From Vicugna vicugna (taxonomy: Eukaryota), in assembly GCA_013265495.1 (NCBI GenBank), contig MU057477.1, positions 62,001 through 126,000 of the forward strand: a stretch of 64,000 nucleotides of DNA, written 5' to 3'. This document shows positions 1-12,400 of this stretch, piece after piece. A program made the position numbers and the translations under genes. The notes under the pieces were generated by a model. That model ran no database searches, was not told the DNA's origin, and saw nothing but the letters and a program-made list of their open reading frames with translations. Within the stretch, counting starts at the first letter, position 1; every line of letters begins with the position of its first letter.

Positions 1-258
1 CAAAATATGAATAAACACAATTTTGAATTTCTTCTAAACATGAAAGTTTTGTTTCTAGGTATTTTATAAACTTATGTCTATTTTACTTCCTAAAAACATC
101 GCAGGCAGCCACATTGTAATGACACACTCAGCAATAGGATGGATACAGAAATTAGTCATTTCTAACTAGGGTGTCAGGTAATCATGTAAAATCACATACA
201 GATTTTATGAGAAAAGGTGCTTCTAAACATTGAGGGAAACTAGGTGTCAGTCTCTCAC

Positions 259-356
259 CGTATCTTCAGGAAACAACTTTCCTTTCTGATGTTTAATCTT
301 CTGCATTAGGTCTCCTCCATCACAATACTCCATCACAATATACAGATGTCCTTCAG
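259..356 (-). CDS. NEK3: NEK3 exon 4
   Basis: atttattttag|CTGAA...GATACG|gtgaga; [32 protein letters not shown]. Confidence 0.93.
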
Positions 357-2165
357 CTAAAATAAATGGAAGCCTCCTTAAGAAAGCCATAGTGGCCATG
401 AATCAAATTCAGAAATGCTTGTATTGGGGGAAATTCATATTTACCTTCAAATGATTCTTTAAAGGCAACAATATTGGGGTGTTTCATCTTGGCTAACAGA
501 ACAGCCTCCTTCCTAGAATTCTGTGTATCAGAGGGAGACTAGAAAAAGATTTTAAATAAGGTAAATGTAACACTTCATTTAAAAATAGATAGGTTTACCA
601 TATGGTAGTATTTTGTACGTTTCACTGCTAGACGCATTCTGTAGCACTGCGCTTTGACCCAATTTAAGTCGATGAAACGCCACGAGAAAACACGTGGGGA
701 TTTTCCAACTATCATTACACATATTTTGCAGGCTTAATCTGACCTCTTTTTTCTTTACAAGCACAGAATGTAAACGAGTTTTAACAGCAGCCTAAGCGTA
801 TCCTAACTTGTGGAGCCAGCATGCCATCAACAATGGCAGATCCTTAAAGAAAAACTAGGGATTTCATGTTTTTACTGTCTGCATCACTTTATCAGTCCAC
901 TGGTGCCTTACACCAGCAAGGATAGACAAAGACTATATGCAAAGTAAGTTTCCAAAACTGCTTATCCCCTAATTTACTCTATGAGGATAAAATCCTGAAT
1001 GACTTCTCTTACAATTAAGCAACTGCAACTGATGATGTCCTACCACAAGGGGTCTCAGAGCAGCAGCAGCAGCACCCACTGGGAACTTGTTAAAAATGCA
1101 AATTCACGGGCCCACCTGGACCTACTCAACCAGGCAGTCTCAGCAATCTGTTAGAACACGCCCTCCAGGTGATTCTGATGCCCACTCAAGTCTGAGAACC
1201 ACTATACAAGGTCAAGAATGCAATGGGAAAATAAAAATACTCATTCTGAGAATTTTATTAAAGTGTATTTAAAACAAAATTATCCAAACACTATTAAGCA
1301 GCCTTCATAGCATGGTTCTTCCATATGACCACTATAAGGGTCATATAGTAAGTGATATGTCATATAGGTCACACAGTGATCAATACAGCTGACACCTGAA
1401 CAAGGTTAGGGGAACCGACTCCACCCAGTTAAAATTCTGAGCACAATGCATAGTCGGCCCTCCGCACATGTGGTTCCTCCGTATCCAAGTTTCTGCATCC
1501 AGGGTTCAACCAGCTTCGGGTCGTGTAGCACTGCAGTATTCAGTACTGAACAAAATCTGAGTCTAAGTGGACTCGAGGCAGTTCAAACCTGTGTTGTTCA
1601 AGGGTCAACTGTACAGATAAATCAGCACCTATAAATTAATAAAACCGACAAACTAAACCACAGAATAGGTTCCTTGATACCGAAGGTTAGCGTTTTAGGT
1701 CTTGAGCTAGCTCTTGTATGTTTATGTTCCTTTTTTACATTAATGTTGCACCTGAATTGCTTTTGGGCATATTCCCTACACCCTTAGGTATGCAAAATTG
1801 GAACTTATTACAAATTATTCACATTAAGATAAAATAAATAGCAATCACCACCCAAATCTTGATTATTCTTGTTAATTATAATGTCCTAAGAACCACAAAA
1901 GATATATCAAGACCTTGCAAAGATCTTTATTATATGAATAAATCCATGAAAACTTTGGCACAAAAAACCACATTAACGCTCAAGAATTTATTTTCCCCTA
2001 CAAATTACAGGTACACGCTCAACAAAAGCTAACTGCTTTAGCAGTCACCTTGGGAAGCCTTATTTCTTTCATGGCAAACATCCGATTACTGCTTTCCTGC
2101 TGAACCAAAAGGGCTCTGCCGAAGGAGCCTTCCCCGATCACTCTCAGGACTGTGTAGCCGTCCAT
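259..2165 (-). CDS. NEK3: NEK3 serine/threonine kinase, 5' partial; coding exons complement(join(259..356,445..538,2049..2165)), continues beyond the left edge
   Basis: Spliced translation [103 protein letters not shown]. Contains the kinase glycine loop GEGSFG, AMK lysine, HPNIV and MEYCDGGDL typical of NEK1/3/5. GT-AG boundaries; exon lengths 117, 94 and 98 keep frame. Confidence 0.95.
445..538 (-). CDS. NEK3: NEK3 exon 3
   Basis: ctttttctag|TCT...GAAG|gtaaat; [31 protein letters not shown]. Confidence 0.93.
1048..1203. mobile_element. MER5A-like hAT-Charlie DNA transposon relic
   Basis: Diagnostic motifs GGGAACTTGTTAAAAATGCAAATT...CCCTCCAGGTGATTCTGATGC...TGAGAACCACT. Confidence 0.75.
1386..1611. 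mobile_element. Tigger2/MER8-like MITE
   Basis: Terminal inverted repeats CAGCTGACACCTGAACAA / TTGTTCAAGGGTCAACTG flanked by TA. Confidence 0.75.
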
Positions 2166-2206
2166 ACTGGGGCCCCACTGCTGCAGTCACCACCGGCTCT
2201 CCCAAA
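2049..2206 (-). CDS. NEK3: NEK3 exon 2 (41 nt 5'UTR, ATG at 2165)
   Basis: Acceptor ttcttgaatatag|, donor AAG|gtgact; 39 codons MDGYT...RLPK. Confidence 0.9.
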
Positions 2207-2500
2207 CTATATTCAAGAACAGAAACAGCTGAGCATTACATTTATTTTCAAAGGACAGAATGAATTCAAAGTAGCTCTAACCACCATGATAGGACAACTT
2301 ACTTCTTTATTCACTCAACAGGTAGACACTGAGCACCCATGCCAGGTTTTATAACCCAGAACAAACCTCCCACGGCCCAGCCACCATGCACAGTCCAAAG
2401 CAGATGGGACCACAGACCTAAACAAATGCAGAGGGGCCAGTCTTCCAGGAAGAGTCATGCTGGTAGACGGCAGGAGTATCCTGGGGAATTAGGAAGGTGA

Positions 2501-2623
2501 TTTTTTTTTTTAATTAGAGGATTCACTGTATTTATATTACTCTGTGTTGCTTTTTATTTTTTTTTCCATTTTTTAAAATTGAAGTATAGTCAGTTTACAA
2601 TGCTGTGTCAATTTCTAGTGTAC
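2501..2623 (-). mobile_element. Highly 5'-truncated L1 insertion with extra 3' sequence
   Basis: L1 3'-end motif TTGAAGTATAGT...TTTACAA...GTGTAC, two T-rich tracts, ~15-bp TSD. Confidence 0.65.
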
Positions 2624-2731
2624 AGGAAGGTCATATTTAAGCTGAAGCATGAAGGAAGAATGGACGTTGATCAGGCAGAGAGGACAGAAGAGTGTCAGAA
2701 GCAGAGGGAATCACATATTTAGGAGCAAAAG

Positions 2732-2866
2732 GAGTAGGGTATATAGCTCAGTGGTAGAGTGCATGCCTAACAAGCACAAGATCCGGGGTTCAATCCCCTG
2801 TACCTCTGTTTAAAAAAATAAAAAACAAATAAATAAACCTAAAATTACCTCCCATTAAAAAAAAAA
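2732..2866 (+). mobile_element. tRNA-Ala-derived SINE (camelid Vic-1-like)
   Basis: TAGCTCAGTGGTAGAG A-box, GGTTCAATCC B-box, A-rich tail with ACCT..ATTACCTCCC; TSD GAGCAAAAG at 2723-2731 and 2867-2875. Confidence 0.85.
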
Positions 2867-4319
2867 GAGCAAAAGAGGATGTATTCAAGAAATCGAAAGA
2901 GGACTGTAACTGGCTGGTAAGGCAGGCAGGGCCTTGTATGAGAGCCATCGTTAAGCCAAGTTCCAGTTGTTGGATTTTACCCTCAGGATAATTAAAGGGT
3001 TGTCTTGGAAGGGTTTCAACCAAGAGAGTAGATTTACATATTAGAAAAATCACTCATTCTGTTTGTTGAGCAATGTCCCAGGCGGGGGTGATTCTGTCTG
3101 TAGAGCAATGTCGCAGGCGGGGGTGGGGGGTGGGGTGGGGGGGAGGCAGGCCAGCGCAGGACTCCTACAAAAGAAAAGGCAGGAAAATGATGGAATGGAA
3201 TCAGGTCGTGGCAATGGGATAAAGAAAATGGAAAGGAAACATAGGAAAAATTGGCAAGATTTTTGGTGATAGATTTATGGGAGAAGGACAGGGAGGAGGG
3301 GACAAGGCAGACTCAGGTTTCTGGCATAAACTGGGTGACTACTGATACCACTGCCGGAGAAAAAGGAAAGGCATGATGGTTGTATGCGTGGTTTTCGGTT
3401 TGATTTTTTGGGGGTGGGGTAGTGTGGGGAAAGGCGTGGGGAAGGGAGACATGTACTCCTTTGGGAACATGCTGAGTTGGAGGTGCCTGGGACTAAGAAG
3501 AGATGTTAAACAGTCTTTGAACTTCGGTCTCCCTTCTGTATTTCCCGGATGAAGCAGCTCTCTGGACTGCTTAATACATTACAAAGAATGAATGTACGTA
3601 AAGTTCCTGACACTGGTACTTAGGGGGCCCTCAGTAAATGGCCGCTATTATTACTATCAAAACCTTAGAACTAGGTGAAGCTTTTTTTCATTACAGAAAA
3701 ACACTGGAATTAATTACTTGGTTTTCACAAAGCTTACTTGTGGTGTCTATGTTCATAAAAATCACACCACAAAGAATTATGCGGTCCACAGAGCATGGCA
3801 AGTAAAGCAAAAACTCACAAACCCAAACCTACAGTCTAGTGACCTATAAAACTTCGTTTCTATTCCTATTTATCTAGAATTACCAGAAAACTCTAGAAAT
3901 AATTTCTCCATATAACCAAATCAGATGCAAGGTCTTCAAAAAACACTCTTTTCGAGGACAGGTAGGTCTATCATTAGATTCAGGAATCTGAAAGAAAAAA
4001 GTTCTTTGCCTCTATTCTAACTGACCCCTGGTACTATTACACGATTTGACAAGGAGGCTTAGTTTTCCCATATTTTTATTCTTTTTTTTACTTCAGGTTT
4101 TTATTCTATAAATGGACAGTCACTGATTAAAGAAGAGCAACCACTGACTTTCTTTAGCTGAAAACATTTGGCCCTTTCTGCCCACATCTGCTCCCGTTAC
4201 TCAGTATTACACCCATAAGCTCACGAAAAGATCTGTGTATACTCTGACCAAAAGCGTCCCTTCGCAGGCGTATACCATCAAAAACTAATAAAGTGATTTG
4301 CAAATGCAAATTAAGGATG

Positions 4320-4790
4320 CAGCTCAGAAGGCGCGCGCGCCCCCCGCGCGCGATGCCCGCATCACGGGAATACCCGATCCCCACTCTCCCGACTAGGGGA
4401 GAAGCCGCTCCGCCTCGCAGCCCCCGCGCACCCGTTCCCCCCGAGCCAGCGGCGGGCGGCTGCGGGAGCGCCACCCAGGCCCGGGTCCCCGAGCGCCGCA
4501 GCGAGTCCTGCACGCCCCCACCCCGCGTGGCGCCGCCCCTGCCCGCGGGGACCGCTCACCGGCTCCCCTCGCGACCCGAAGCCGCTGCTCCACCGCCGAG
4601 GCCGGCGCGCTTCCGCGGGGCGGGCCGGCGGGTCGTCTCTCGGGTTGCCGGCGAAGTTAGCCTGCCAGATATGGCGGGAGGCGCTGTTCTCGGAGTAGGC
4701 GGGCCTACGAAGGGCACGTTTTCAAACTGTTGTTCCATGTTGCTCCAGAACAATGCCAATAATATAAAGGGACGCCGTCCCCCTCGCAGC
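4320..4790 (-). promoter_or_regulatory. NEK3: NEK3 CpG-island promoter and non-coding exon 1 (likely donor after 4560)
   Basis: GC- and CpG-rich block 2.1 kb upstream of the coding exon; minus-strand donor G|GTGAGC at 4559; GC box, ATGGCGGGA (YY1/E2F-like) near 4671, TTCAAA at 4721. TSS not determinable from sequence. Confidence 0.75.
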
Positions 4791-5052
4791 CTGAGTTCTG
4801 TCTCCTGTTTAAGCGAACAGCCCATGTAGGTAAGTTTCTTGGGCCCAGCACTTAGCTTACTAGCTGTGTGAACTTGGGCAAGTGTGGACGGCAGAACAGT
4901 GGACCCCCAGAGAGTCCACGTTTATTATTACAGATAACGTACACTAGTTATGAGGGGCTAGGCACTGTTTTAAGTGAGTTTCTACGTGTAAAGTGCTTAG
5001 AAAAGAACTAAAGTGTTAGCTGTTGACTCAGAATCTTCAAAACAACCCTAAT

Positions 5053-5097
5053 GGTAGGTAGGTAGGTAGGTAGCTAGGTAGCTAGGTAGGTAGGTAG
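5053..5097. repeat. (GGTA)n tetranucleotide microsatellite, interrupted
   Basis: ggtaggtaggtaggtaggtagctaggtagctaggtaggtaggtag. Confidence 0.9.
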
Positions 5098-5709
5098 AAT
5101 TATGTCTGAGGTACAGAGAGGTTATTTGCCTCAGATCCCACAGCTAATAAGTGGTAGAATTAGAATTAAAACCCAGGAAGTATGGCTTCAGAGCCTGACC
5201 CTTAACCACCACACTGCAATAATGTTAGAGACGTTGCAGTGATGAACAGTGAAAAAAGCTGACCAAGGTATAAAGTCTGAGGAGGGCCCATTGGATGTAG
5301 CAACAGAAGGTCATGGGTAATCTTGAAGAAAGTGGTCTCAGTGATGTGATGAGGGAGAAACCAGATTGTGGTAGCTGAGGTGGGTTGGTCAGAAGAATCA
5401 AGGAGTGCAGGATACTTTCAAGATACTTATTCATGAAAAGAAGGAGAGAGGGTGATAACCATGAGGAGAAGGAAACATAAGATTATGGGAGTATTTTATT
5501 AATGGGGAAGCTATAGTTATGTTGAGGGATAATAAACCAATGGAAGGAAAGAGGCTGAAAATACTAGAGGCAGGGGGAAGGTCTAGTTGAGATAAAAAAA
5601 AAAAAAAGCCCTGGAATGTGAAACTATTATCTTATTAGAAACTTAGGAAAATTAACTTTGAGATTCAGAGGTCATTGGGCATCCTAACAATTTAACATTT
5701 AAAAAATAT

Positions 5710-6060
5710 TTGCTTTGTCAATACACGTAGTTTTATCTTTTCTAGAATTTCACATAAATGGAATCATATAGTAGATAATTTTTTTGTGTTTCCCTTCTTT
5801 TACTTAGTATGTTTTTGGGGTTCATCAATGTTGCTGTGTTTATCAGTAGTTCACTCCTTTTTCTTAATGTGTTTCCCTGGCTTTATTTCCATTGACTGAA
5901 GTCATACAGTGTTCTTTTATTCACCAGTTGATGGACTTTTGGGTTGTTTCCAGCTTGGGGCTAATATGAATAAGACTATTATAACAGCTTTGTGTACAGT
6001 CTTGTAGGGGCATGTCGTTTCTCTTGGACACTTAGGGATGGAATTGCTGGGTCTTACCCT
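5710..6060 (-). mobile_element. Old L1 (L1M/L1ME-type) 3' fragment
   Basis: TTTCACATAAATGGAATCATA...GTTGATGGACTTTTGGGTTGTTTCCAG...GGAATTGCTGGGTC. Confidence 0.65.
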
Positions 6061-7819
6061 TACATTTTATATTTTTAATAATTAAACCCCTACTTAGACA
6101 AAATAAACATGAATTTCTGTATCCTGCATCCAAACATGACAAGCTTATTAGCAAGATAATTAGCTTTAATTATCTGCTTTCTTTTTTTCTGTCCTTGACA
6201 CCTCCTGTTGAAATCATTGGAGTGTCTTCATTTTCTATAATGTTTTATAATCTGCAGTTGTGCAGATTTCACTGTTTTTTGGATTTGTTGTGCTTAACAA
6301 GTTTTTAAAATCTTAGATTTACTTTTTAGTTCACTGGAATAAAAACCTCTAGAAATACTTTCAGGTAGGTTCACGAGCAGTAAACTGAATCCTTGCATGT
6401 TCGAAAATTACCGCTGTTTTGCCTTCAAATTTGCGTGATAGCTTGGGCATAACATTCTAGTGTCACAATCCATTTTCTCACGGAATTTTGAAGATCTCAG
6501 GTGTGGTAGCTGGTCTGGCTCCTGAATGCCTTGCACTGATCCCCACAGAGGTGGAGCTGGTCCTGCTGCTACTGAGCGCTGCTAAGTTCCATCAGCTCCG
6601 CCACGCCTTTTAGTGTTCAAGATTCCTTTATAAAAGCGTCTTGCTTAAGAAAGCCCTCCAGGTCCTAATGAAAAAATTTTGTTTTCTTCTAATATACTGT
6701 CTCTTCTACCTGGAATATATTTTTGCAAGTGGTGTAGAGATTGAAATTTCTTGTTTTCAAAATGGATGCATAACTGACTCACAGCTTTTCTCTACTGTTT
6801 TGAAATGTGTATTTTATCATTTACTAAACCCCCATGTAGTCTAAATGAACGTTACATTGATCTACATCAATGAAAAGTTCCTATGACTTAGAAAGTGCAG
6901 AACCACACCATTTATATCTGACATAGAAAAACAAAATTCACACACATGCACACACATTTATATGTATTTATGTCTGTGTATGCATGGTAAATATACAGAA
7001 AAGGATTTGGAAGATTGCCGTTATTAATATTACATTTAAGGGTAGTGGATGGGAGTAGAGGAATTTTGCTGTATTTGTATTGAAATTTAACAAGAAAATA
7101 TTTGGATACAGCACTGACAGGCTCTAGAAAACCCCAGCAGGAGTCTCTGCTTCTCCCTGGATAGTAATAACTTCATTGTCCTCTCTGGTGACTGGTGACT
7201 TTTCTCCCCAACCTCCTTATGGTCACCCAGTGCCACCTATTTACATTTCTCAGGTCTAATTACGTAGAAAAGACTAATTCTCAGTCCTGATTACAAATAC
7301 CTACGGAAAGGACTCTGACAGTCCAGCTTGAGTCAGCGCACATTCTGGCCACTGAAACGGGGGGACAGGCAGATAAAATGATACAACATGACCAAAGGAG
7401 CCTATTCCATCTTACCCTTCAGAAAGATGAGGTTCATCTGAATAACTTCTCCATGGTCACATAATTTTTAAGAGAAGGTAGCAGCTGAGATTCTGAATGT
7501 AGGTCTGTTGGACTCGAAGGCTCATACTTCATACATCACATTCTTAAAGATATTTAGCTTGGAACAAACCTAGGTCAGACACATAACTACGTAACTGTTC
7601 TTACTCATCTGAAAAGGAGTTAGAACTACGTCTATAAATGTTAGAACTATGATTATTTAGATAGATTTTCCCTTCGTAAAGGGAGGAGGGAAAAGCAGCA
7701 CTCTACAGAGCCTGTCCAAACATGGAATAGTTTATCTCAAGCTCTCTTTCACTGAGATATTTCAAGCTATGCTATCTGCCAAGTGAACCATATGGTACAG
7801 ATATTACAAAACTGAGAGT

Positions 7820-9157
7820 ATAGGCCAGCCTCAAATTTATTTCAGAATGGCGTATTTTATGCCATTCATACAAAGTATAAAAAAACTAAAGAATTAAGAT
7901 GAAAATTAAGGTAAGTTTTTAGATGAGAACATCGATAATTTTTCAAAAGGAAATACACCATTATGCACACACTTTTTTAAGTATTGAAAAACCTTAAGTC
8001 AAATCTCATCAGAATGTTTTCAAAGGCAAGGTTCAAATTTATTCACTGTGGTTAAACTACATTTTATATTTGTTGAAAAAAATGTCACTGAAATATCATT
8101 ATATAGATATTTTATTGTATACATATTAGGTACACAACTTAAAAAGGAGTAAAAATTCTACTCTCTAGAACATAAGACAATAAATAGAAAAAAGATAGGT
8201 GTTTTACAAATAGAATTTAATGAACACAAATGTGATTTTTCACCACGTTCATTTAAGCAGTTTTAAAGCTATATAATCTTTTATAATGACCAAATCCTTA
8301 TTTGAAACTATAGATTTGGTAGAGGATGTGTGCCATTTAAGTATTAGTTCAGAGACTTATAAAATGATTTTATTGGTGGTATTTATGTGTAGAGAGAACT
8401 GTTTAGCGTGTATGACTATCATGTTTTAAGAGACATGATTTAACGGTGAAGTTTTTATATTATAAGGAAGAAGTCAATTTTAAGTGTTAGTTATTTTAGA
8501 AATACTATCTAAACTAGAATGACATTCATTAAATAGTATATATTCCTTCTTTATCTCCATTCTAATAGTCTATAAACTGTATCAAATGAAGCAATGGAAG
8601 TTAAAATTTTAACATTTTGGATAGTCAAGTTACAAAAGGAAATAAAAAAAGGAACTCAGATTTAAAGTTCCGAACACCCACTAAGTTTGGCACATTTTCT
8701 TTCTTAGCACTGAACACCTTCTCTTAGAAATGGAGTATTTAGTTAACTGTCTCTCTTGGTGACCTCAGTTACAACAAAAGAGGCCAAGAGACCACAGGTG
8801 CAGACTCACTGGCACTGGTGGAAAGTGGCAACGAAGAACCAGGGGCAGCCCAAGGCACACGGGGACCACAGCAGTCTGGGGGACTAGCACTGGGCAAAAA
8901 AGTAAGCTAAATCTGTCTCGACAAAATTTACCTGCTTTAGGGAAAAACTCAGTCTACTGAGATTGACAAGGTAGGATTAGCTTATCACACACAGAAGGTA
9001 ACACCTGCTATAAAGTGAACACTAGTAAAAGCACCTACTGCCATGAATACTTAGGTCCCTGGCAACTCCTGATCTAAGGGAGGTACAAAGGCACAACAGA
9101 CAAACCGACAGAACACCCTCGGAATAATAAAAACCCCATCCTCTCCTCGTCAGAGCT
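7820..9157 (-). other. CKAP2: CKAP2 3'UTR with candidate poly(A) signals
   Basis: AT-rich region after the stop; minus-strand AATAAA at 8369-8374, 8111-8116, 8038-8043 and 7836-7841. The site actually used cannot be determined. Confidence 0.55.
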
Positions 9158-9413
9158 TCACTTCTCTTCTGCTGGGTCGGTCTCCACGTACATGCGGCAC
9201 AGGGCCACGTTGGGGCGGCACACAAAAGCATCAGTGTCACTTCCCAACTCTCTTAACTGTTCCAGTGAAGATACACTAGGATAATGGTCTTTTAACATAT
9301 CTGGCAATTTAGAAGTCTTCTCTTGAAGACGCCGAGAACGTCTAACTGGTGTTAGAAACTTCAGCTCTTTAAATGCAGAATTTGTTTCGTCAAACTGTAT
9401 CTTCTTTTTTACA
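9158..9413 (-). CDS. CKAP2: CKAP2 exon 9 (coding part, stop)
   Basis: VKKKIQFDETNSAFKELKFLTPVRRSRRLQEKTSKLPDMLKDHYP...AEEK*. Confidence 0.94.
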
Positions 9414-12400
9414 CTAAAAAGAACACAGAATTATTCCCCAAGTTAAAAAACATGTTAACATTTTTACTTTGCACTTTTATGCTATTCATCATACTATAAC
9501 CTGTATGTTGCAACCATGTGACTGCTTGTCTTATAGAAAGAGGTGCTGCCAGCTCCTTGAAGGAGTAATTTCTCTACTTGTTGTTATTATGTTGTACACA
9601 GTAGATACCTGAATATCTATAAAATTGGCTAATTGCTCAATTTCAAAACCTACTGTTATCAATAATACAGAGATTAAAGTACAATGGTATAAAAGTGTTC
9701 TTTTTAAAAATGGCAGTATTTAGGGAAAAACAAAGCAAATTAGTATTTAAAGGGCAAAAAATGTTCCAATTTTACTCAATTTATTTTAAATCTTTCTATT
9801 AACAAATAGTTCTAATTGGAAGCTATCTTAAAGATTTTAAAATACCGTATTTATTATCCCTAAGCATAAAAACAAATCACAGCATATTATATTTTAAAAG
9901 TTTACCTTTGCAAGTATGGCGTCGTAGACACATTATATTTAATCAAGCAACTCGCCCTAGTTTCTGTTTTGGGGGTTTTAACATCGTTGGTCGGATCTTT
10001 TGTTTTGTCATCTTGCTCCTTTTCACAGTCTTGAAATACCACACTTCGAGGATGCTTATTTTCCATTTCCGGCTTTCCAGACCCTAGATTAACACCTGTA
10101 TCCTCAGTGTTGACTTCTTGGATTTGTTCCTTGGTTTCACAAGCCTCTTCATTATTTCCTCCTATAGAAAGATTTATAGATTAAGCTTTTGGTCAAATTT
10201 AAAGAGCAAAATCAGAAGACAAAGTTATTTATAGTTGGCCAGATTTGCAAAATAATAGACCCAAACTACCATCCTAACCATGACTTTTCCTAAGGAAATA
10301 CCACGACAATTATTTAACAAAGACGTACTATCTCCTACGTGTTAGGGGTTATAGATACAAATCTAAGAAGGAAATCATCCCTGTCCCTTACGAAGTTCAC
10401 ATTCCATGGAAGAGACATGCTTTAAAATAAGGAAAATGCTGTCATTGAGGTAAAAACAAAGGGAAACCATAAAAAGAAATAGTTGACTTTGCTCATGGGA
10501 CAGGAAAATGGCGATGGAGGGCTTCACAAATGACATTTAGGGGAGACCTTGAAAAATGAGTACTTGAAAAGACCAAGGAAGACAATCTTGGCATGAAGCT
10601 TAAAAGAAAATGACCTAGTAAGACAGCATTAAAGGGCTAGTGCGCTTTGAATACAGGGTAAGGAGCAAGGTGGGAATGTGGGAAGGAGGTGATGTGTTTA
10701 GATAGGTAGGAAGTTTTGGTTAAAAAAAAAATTCACTGGAGAGAGATACAGTTAGATTTGGTCACTGTGAAGAATGGTTTAGAATGGCAGGCAACTGAAC
10801 GTATGACTGGTGACGGTAAGAAGACAGAGCAGAACAGTCTGAGCGCGGAGGCAGGAGGCAGAGGCACCCAGTGAGAAGGAGGGGGCCCAAGTTCATTCCC
10901 AAGTCAGGACTTCATAAACGAATGCATGTGTACGTCTGAGTAAGTGTGCCCATGTATTAGGGGCATTCCTTCTAAAATTTCTTCTCAGGAGTCTTTAATC
11001 ACAGAAGAGGATTTTTTTTTTCTTTTTTCTTTTTTTGGGAGGAAGAGAAAGAAGTATGGGGAAGCAGTGAGGGAAGTCCAAAATAAAACATGTCAGCTGT
11101 GAAATACTTGCGAGATATCCTTGTAAAGCCGTTGAGCTGGAAAGACCTTTAGATTTGTTTATTAGGAGATTATTAGAAATTTTTTACTAAGATCTGATTT
11201 AGTTACATCATAAAATGAATGTGGTTAAAGTGAGGGGAAGTTGAAGAGGAGAGAGAGGGCATATCGATTCATTAATACAACAAATATTTAAGTGCCTAGT
11301 AACACACCAGGCATTGCATTAGCACTGGGGACACAAGGGTCAGGAAGATCAGAAACGGTCCCTGACAAGAGGGTTTAGAGTTTAAAAGATAAGACAGACA
11401 AGCAATCACGTGCATCAAGTACTGCACAGAGAAAAACAGCGAGCACAGAACTCATCTAGTTGGGTGGAGAGGAAAGATGGACATCAGGGTAGGCTACCTG
11501 AAGGAAGTGACATTTGAAATGAGGCCTAAAGGATAAATAGGAATTAGGTTAAAAGTAGAAGACAGGCTTGGAAAGACCCAGAGATAAGACAGACAGTATA
11601 GCTCTTTCTAGGAAATAAAAAAAAGTAAAGAAATTCAGGAATGTGGCAGAAAGGGAGCAAAAGAGAAGAGACTGGGGTCAGGAATTTAAGCAGGTGAATG
11701 ACGGGGCATTTGAGGTATCCTAGTCTTTCCTGGTTTTTCCTCCTGTCTCCCTGGCCATTCCTTCTCAAGCTCCTTCATTCCATGTAGCTGCTAAGATCAG
11801 ATCGTATACATCTTTTGCATGGTCAACTGGGGCATATTAACAGCAACCATAAAGAGAAATGTTCTCTCCTGAACTAAAAAAATCTTTTTAGCAATCATTC
11901 AGTCAAACTGCCTCATTTTGAGACAGGAAATTAAGGCCTAGAGAGGTAAGGTAACTTTCACAGAGATGCGATAACAAATTTGGGTTTTGAACCAGACCTC
12001 CTAATTAAAAACTATTTATACTACATAAAACCAATGAATTTCAAAGGTATGTCAACAGAAGTATGAGGTAAGGGACAACCTCCATATTTAAGAAGTTAAA
12101 AAAGACAAAAATAGTTCAGCAGAGACAGTTAATAAAATCACAATTCACTTGAAGGAAACAAAAGAAGCTAACTTACCTTTAACTTTTTCTTGATTCTTCA
12201 TTGTCAGAATGTCAACAATTGCACGTCGCATCTCTTCAATAGGCTTAATTTTTTTTAATGAAGAAAGCACACCCATGTAAATTTTATATTCTCAGATATT
12301 AATGAGGTTGTACAAGTTTAAAACATTAAAATTAGTAATTAAATTTCATATATATTTTTTAAAAAGGCAGTGGTTCCTGTGCCATTTTTCTCAGGACACT

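Noticed and set aside
4154..4829. Overlapping 66-178 aa ORFs at the NEK3 CpG island
   Set aside because: Pro/Arg/Gly/Ala-rich, open on both strands because GC-rich DNA lacks stop codons; no recognisable domain
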